A stretch of DNA of 64,000 nt, taken from an uncultured Candidatus Binatia bacterium (GTDB lineage: Bacteria; Desulfobacterota; Binatia; UBA9968; JAJDTQ01). The stretch lies in assembly GCA_964291295.2 (NCBI GenBank), contig OZ219754.1:1600001-1664000 (forward strand), given 5' to 3'. Position 1 is the stretch's first letter. Every line of letters begins with the position of its first letter. The position numbers were made by a program, and so were the translations under genes. Below are positions 59,147 through 64,000 of the stretch, one piece after another. The notes beneath the pieces were generated by a model, which searched no databases, had not been told where the DNA came from, and worked only from the letters and a program-made list of their open reading frames with translations.

Positions 59147-60956
59147 CCATCCGAGGTTCAAAGCGAGGCCGTAGCCGTTTCATCGCCTCGGCATCGTTGA
59201 CGCCGACCAGAAGTCCCAGGTCTCGCAGACGACGTTCCAGCACCACACGGTTCGAGCGGAGAAGATCATTGGAGATCGTCATGCCCGGAGGCGCGGAATC
59301 GACGTGGAAGCCGTATCGCTCGCGGATTCTGTCCAGGAATTCCTTCAATGAGAGCGGTTTCACATTTGGCTTGTAGCCACTCCGAAGAAGGTGAAGGTGA
59401 ACCAGATAATCCAGAACCGGGTCGGTAAGAACCAGCGATCGAACTTCTCGCTGTCTCCTTCCGCGTCCAGTCGTATGGGCACCACTTGTGGTCTTCCGTT
59501 TGCGCGCCAGACCGTTCGGCCGCTCCACATTCAGCGTCGAGTCGACCATGGAAATGGTATTGCCCCGCGCTTTGGTTCCCAAGAGCGGCGTCAGCGCTGC
59601 GGCGAGGCGCCGGACTGGATGCGGCTCATTCTGCTCGTTGTCCAACACCCTCTCGGCTTCTGGATAGTCATCCTTCAATTCCTCTGCCAGTTCTGCGCCG
59701 TATTTGTACATTTGACGATGAATGTTCCCCGCTTCCGGGTGGCGCTTGTGGAGCAGTTCACCGAGCAGGTTGAGCCATGATGTGGCGTAGGGCCGAATCG
59801 GGCTTGGATCTTTTTTCAATTCCTCCTTTAATTCCCTATTGTACCTCGCCTCGTAATCAAGCAGACGCAGCATCATCAGGATGGCGGGGACCCGTTCAAC
59901 GCGACGCATGAGGTCATCGAAAGACTGTTCGGCCAGGCCCCGCAATCGGCCATCAATGCCGTTCGAACAGTCAACGAACATGCTTGCGGGTCGCTGAAAC
60001 CGTTTTTCGATGACACTACCTGTATCGGCCCATTCAAACAGGATTTCGATGACGCTGGTGAGGATCGTCGTCATTCCTGTCGCGATACACGCCTCAAGCA
60101 TATCGACGAATGCATGACGAGGGATAACCGCCGCATAGGCGCGGACGAAACGGCGCATGTCTTCCGAGAAAGTCGACGCCGCATTTTCCGCGATGGGACG
60201 TTGATTGGAGATTTTGGCGCTGTCCGATCCCCGCATCTTGTCGGGCGCTGCGCCTAACTTCTGCGCCAGCCGGATCATCAACAGCTGATCGATCCCAAGG
60301 TCCACAAAAGACTCTTTGAATTCGTCTCCCGCTAAGTTGCCCTTCAGATTGCTTCGCTGGACGCCGTGACTGAATGCTCTCAGAAGCAGGTTCTTGGTAT
60401 GTTCTCCAGCGATTGGAAACAATGTCGGTTTTCCTTCTTTACTCGGTTCTACATGTAGCCCGTCTTGGTTCGCCAGCATTGCGACAATCATCTCCGGTAC
60501 GGACCGAAGGTGTGTCACACTCTCCGGAAGGTCGACCCAGCTTGCCATATAGTGGGCTGGGGCAACCCGCTGAATCTGCTTGTCTCTACCGAGACTGTGG
60601 TTGATGTTCTCAAGACTGAAACCTAGTAGTAAATCGCCGAGTATTGCTTGTTCAACTCTTCCGTCAAAGCCGTGTAGATCGGGGCTGGCCGCCAATTCTT
60701 CCGCGACTCGCCCGATGGTCGTCGCTTTCCTGCGATCTCTGGGGCTACCGGCCGTTGGACCAAAAGCCTCCAGAAACTGGCCTTTACCGCGTCGATGGCC
60801 GAATCGAAGCATGTAGAACACGGCCGGCAGCACCGCTGCGAGTTCGAACAAGTTGAACGAGATCGGCAGTACCTTGTCATACCGTGCCGACCAGATTTCG
60901 TCCGCCATTCGCGGGGAGAGTACCTTCCGAACTATGGTGCGGGCGCTATCGGCCAT
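59139..60956 (-). CDS. Hypothetical protein, DndG(DptG)/Mad7-like by position and C-terminus
   Basis: 605 aa between the kinase-ATPase and the HerA ATPase. The C-terminus LKEFLDRIRERYGF...LERRLRDLGLLVGVNDA resembles DndG/Mad7 endings (recalled, not searched). Confidence 0.6.
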   Translation of the reverse strand: MADSARTIVRKVLSPRMADEIWSARYDKVLPISFNLFELAAVLPAVFYMLRFGHRRGKGQFLEAFGPTAGSPRDRRKATTIGRVAEELAASPDLHGFDGRVEQAILGDLLLGFSLENINHSLGRDKQIQRVAPAHYMASWVDLPESVTHLRSVPEMIVAMLANQDGLHVEPSKEGKPTLFPIAGEHTKNLLLRAFSHGVQRSNLKGNLAGDEFKESFVDLGIDQLLMIRLAQKLGAAPDKMRGSDSAKISNQRPIAENAASTFSEDMRRFVRAYAAVIPRHAFVDMLEACIATGMTTILTSVIEILFEWADTGSVIEKRFQRPASMFVDCSNGIDGRLRGLAEQSFDDLMRRVERVPAILMMLRLLDYEARYNRELKEELKKDPSPIRPYATSWLNLLGELLHKRHPEAGNIHRQMYKYGAELAEELKDDYPEAERVLDNEQNEPHPVRRLAAALTPLLGTKARGNTISMVDSTLNVERPNGLARKRKTTSGAHTTGRGRRQREVRSLVLTDPVLDYLVHLHLLRSGYKPNVKPLSLKEFLDRIRERYGFHVDSAPPGMTISNDLLRSNRVVLERRLRDLGLLVGVNDAEAMKRLRPRFEPRMDD

Positions 60957-60966
60957 GAGCCACCCC

Positions 60967-63900
60967 CTACGATTCAGACCGCGAGATCACTATACGTTGT
61001 CGAGGACCGGAGCCAGAATCTTCGGTGCGTGCCGAAACCTCGAATGTCGTGGTTTCTGCCCTCGGATTCCAGGCCAGCATCCTACGATGGTCCTCACGAG
61101 TGAGACGTTGTACGAAGATCGAGAGATGCGCAAAGGTGTCATCTGCCGCCGCGTCGCCCAATTGATAGCCGTCATTGAGTTCCAGTAGGAGATCAAACAG
61201 GTCGGCGCCGAGGCGCAGGCGTTCTTCGCTTCCATCGTGGTAACGGTAGATCAGGTACGCTTGGCGATGGAGCCAGTCCAAGCCCTCTACCCTTTTCTTC
61301 TCGGCTTCCAGGCGAAAATTGGTTACGGATTTCTCGACCCAGAAAGCCGTCTCCGTCGGTGTTCTGGGCGTGACGCGCAATGGCACCATGCCGGGTCGCT
61401 CCAAAGCCTTTGGCGGAAGCGCCTCCAGACGGGAAATGCCACGGCAAAGGTCCCGTATCAGAGCCTTCACATTCTCACTCGGTGGGTCGACAGCAAGGTT
61501 ACGAAATTGACGCAGATGCCGCCCGTGGGCCAGACCGAACGCATCGGGATCGCCCGTCAGCCGTTCAATCTCCTCCCGGCCCAACACGAAATAGGCCTGG
61601 CGTCGGAGAAACTCGAGGCTCTTCGTCCCGTCACGCTGCGAAACATCACCGATATCGGCACCTCGCTGCAGATGAAGCAGGTGACGGTCGATCTGCGGCT
61701 GCGCTTCAAGGGCGGGGTCGAAATGTGGCAGTTCGCTCAGCAATTCACCCTGCCGCCCCGTTGACTCGGGCGAGAAGGCGCGGTCCCAGTAGGGATGAGG
61801 CGTCGATGCGTCGGAGCCGTCCGTGGCATCGTGATACTCGCTGCAGTAATGTACTCCAAAGAGGATATAGACCAGCGCGGCTCGCAATTCGCGGACGGTG
61901 ATATGGACCTCGCCTCGCAGATGTACGGCCTGCAACGCCTCGAACAGCCGGCCACGAGCGTGGTCGCGAATGGATTTTTCCGAGAGGTCGCCCGGGCCGA
62001 AGCGTTTGGTGGCGCGGAAGACCTCGCAGCGTTCCCGGGCCGAGCAAGTGCGACAGGGAGTCCAGATTTCCGCAGCGCGTTCGCCGCCGTACAGCTTGTC
62101 CACCAGACGACCAAGAAAGTCGGTGGCGATGACCTTGTCGTCGTCGGCGATATCGCCAACCAGCGAACGATGGTTCAGATCGAAGAACCGGATATGGGAT
62201 CCGGAACTTGGAGCAACGTTCTCGAGAAGGTCGGAAAGGTTCCTTGTCAACGACGACTCGCCTTGGTCTCCTTCGACGGACTCGACCCACTCAAGGAGCC
62301 GGCCATCGTTGATGGCCAGCAGATGGACGATATCCTCGTCCGGCGGGCCGTGCCGGAACGGCGCCAGGAATTCGTTCAGAAGATCGTCCGCAGAACGACC
62401 CTGCCATGACGCCGAGCCGTCGAGATTCATGCGCACGGTCAAGCCGTCGTCCAACTGCCCCTCAATGATGCGCGTCGCCGAAGTCTGGACATCCAGGCGA
62501 AGTCTCTTTGCGAGGCGCTGAAGCAGGGCAGTCTTCCCGTCGCCGGCATTGCCGCAGAGGATCACGAGGTTCGCTTTGCGCTCCTTGATGTCCCCAAATA
62601 GTTCTCGCTCCAGGCGGGTTTCGACATACGTCTCCTCGGCAAAGTCACTGTCCATGCCACGTGTCTCGCTGTTGCCCCACCGCGATCCAGGATAGGACTG
62701 TAGCAACAACTTGAGCCAATCTACCTCCTGTTCCGTTAGCCCCTCCCTCGCATCGGTCGGCTGTGCCGCTTCCTCCGCATCGGCGACGCGGGCCACATCC
62801 CCATGGGTGGTGACTATCGATCGGTTCCCGACATGCCTGGATGGACTCAAGATCGCTAGTGCGTCCGCGACGCTGGCAATGCGCTCATCCGGGTTCGGGC
62901 TCGTGGCCCGATCAAGGAACCCTGCCAGCGATGGATCGTCCTCCCGGTCGATCCCGGTCCAGTTCAATCCGCGTTCCTTGGCCAGAACACCGTCGTATTG
63001 AAACGGTTCCCTATCGAACAGCACGTGAAAGAAACTCGCAGCCAATGCATAAAGGTCGTCGGACGGCTTCGCGGCATCGTGTTCAAGAAACGAAGGCGAG
63101 CAGTACGGTACCGTGCCAGGTGCGTCTGGCGGAACGCCGATCCTGGTCACGCAGTCATAGTCGGTCAGCACGAGATCAGGACCGGAAACGATGATGTTAC
63201 GCGGACTGATGTCGCCGTGCACCAGGCCGTTGTCGTGCAGTACCCGCAGCGCCTCGCATGTTGTCCGCAGCCAGCTTCTGGCCAGAGCCTCGTGGGAGTC
63301 CTCTCCCCGATCTTCGGCAAGAAGCGGCAGCATACCGGAGTACTCCCGCAGCGGCTCGCCCTCGACCCAGGTCATCAAGGCAACGAAGCCGTTATCCCGC
63401 CATTCTGATGCGACCTCCAAGATCATTGACAAAGCTGAGTGACGAAGATGTGAGCGCGCCAGCTTGTAGGCTCCAAGCACCCTCCGCCCGGTTTGCCCAT
63501 CGCGGGCTACCTTGGCGACATAGGTGCCGAGATCATCTTTTGTTTCTCGATCCACTTCCACGACCTTGAAAGTCGTTCCTACTCCACCGGAACCAAGACG
63601 CGAGACGATTCGATAGTCGTTTGCTCCGAAAGAGACGACTTGGTCCTCTGTCCAGAACCTCGCCGGTGGTGGCGGCGGTTCCGGCGGCGGCTCGCCCAAC
63701 TGTTCGGAGAACAGCGCTTCCAGTTTCGACAGGCTGCTTCTCTCCGCGGGATCGTTGCCCATTCCCAAGGTCAGAATTTCCGTAGCCTTGACGCTGATGG
63801 CATCTTCCTGACCCTCGAACAGCACTGCAAGCGAAGCGCATAACGAATAGACGTCGGACCGATGATCTGCCGCTCCGCGGCCCTGGGCGCGAACCTCGGG

Positions 63901-63999
63901 AGATACTGCGGCATCCCAATCTGTCGCGGTGGCAGGGGAAGCCACGGAGACATCCGTCGGAATCCGGGCATGCTCGAAACCAGTCAGGATCGGCGAGTT
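60967..63999 (-). CDS. Tandem (pseudo)kinase + Ser/Thr kinase + DndF-like P-loop ATPase fusion (Mad6-like), 5'-truncated by window edge
   Basis: The frame is open to the window edge (NSPILTGFEHARIP...SDVYSL). Second kinase: LGSGGVG, VAK, HGDISPRN, DYD, DDLYAL. P-loop: LVILCGNAGDGKT, LLAINDGRLL. Confidence 0.82.
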   Translation of the reverse strand, partial: NSPILTGFEHARIPTDVSVASPATATDWDAAVSPEVRAQGRGAADHRSDVYSLCASLAVLFEGQEDAISVKATEILTLGMGNDPAERSSLSKLEALFSEQLGEPPPEPPPPPARFWTEDQVVSFGANDYRIVSRLGSGGVGTTFKVVEVDRETKDDLGTYVAKVARDGQTGRRVLGAYKLARSHLRHSALSMILEVASEWRDNGFVALMTWVEGEPLREYSGMLPLLAEDRGEDSHEALARSWLRTTCEALRVLHDNGLVHGDISPRNIIVSGPDLVLTDYDCVTRIGVPPDAPGTVPYCSPSFLEHDAAKPSDDLYALAASFFHVLFDREPFQYDGVLAKERGLNWTGIDREDDPSLAGFLDRATSPNPDERIASVADALAILSPSRHVGNRSIVTTHGDVARVADAEEAAQPTDAREGLTEQEVDWLKLLLQSYPGSRWGNSETRGMDSDFAEETYVETRLERELFGDIKERKANLVILCGNAGDGKTALLQRLAKRLRLDVQTSATRIIEGQLDDGLTVRMNLDGSASWQGRSADDLLNEFLAPFRHGPPDEDIVHLLAINDGRLLEWVESVEGDQGESSLTRNLSDLLENVAPSSGSHIRFFDLNHRSLVGDIADDDKVIATDFLGRLVDKLYGGERAAEIWTPCRTCSARERCEVFRATKRFGPGDLSEKSIRDHARGRLFEALQAVHLRGEVHITVRELRAALVYILFGVHYCSEYHDATDGSDASTPHPYWDRAFSPESTGRQGELLSELPHFDPALEAQPQIDRHLLHLQRGADIGDVSQRDGTKSLEFLRRQAYFVLGREEIERLTGDPDAFGLAHGRHLRQFRNLAVDPPSENVKALIRDLCRGISRLEALPPKALERPGMVPLRVTPRTPTETAFWVEKSVTNFRLEAEKKRVEGLDWLHRQAYLIYRYHDGSEERLRLGADLFDLLLELNDGYQLGDAAADDTFAHLSIFVQRLTREDHRRMLAWNPRAETTTFEVSARTEDSGSGPRQRIVISRSES

Positions 64000-64000
64000 G

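Noticed and set aside
1-64000. CRISPR array, tRNA, rRNA, transposase or integrase
   Set aside because: No regularly spaced repeat-spacer array, cloverleaf (other than the tmRNA ends) or recombinase motifs were recognised.

Overview
High-GC bacterial chromosomal window. Gene content and order suggest a deltaproteobacteria-like lineage, possibly Binatia (inference only). From 1 to 38 kb it is core genome: a zinc-ribbon gene, rnpB, a complete dcw cluster (mraZ-STAS-rsmH-ftsL-ftsI-murE-murF-mraY-murD-ftsW-murG-murC-murB-ddl-ftsQ-ftsA-ftsZ), mtnA, gshA, panBC with an attenuator-like leader, smpB-ssrA, and a minus-strand run mfd-surA-pdxA-uvrA-iscS-iscA-nifS-acyltransferase. From 38 to 42.9 kb is a UbiD/crotonase/CoA-ligase/GlcG catabolic module. 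From 42.9 to 64 kb is a mostly lower-GC, all-minus-strand defence-like region with four parts. (i) A tightly coupled four-gene cassette I cannot match to a named system: hypothetical, catalytically dead BrxD/DUF2791-like ATPase, intact BrxD/DUF2791-like ATPase, and an SNF2 helicase with an unknown N-terminal domain. (ii) A collapsed type I RM hsdR remnant coupled to a DUF6978-DUF1828/1829-like pair. (iii) An interrupting block of a TbpB-like lipoprotein, an orphan ABC binding protein and maiA. (iv) A three-gene DndFGH/MADS(Mad6-8)-like module running off the right edge: a pseudokinase+kinase+P-loop fusion, a DndG-like protein, and a 1,660-aa PD-(D/E)xK + HerA-type ATPase. All family calls come from recognising motifs by eye; no database search was run.
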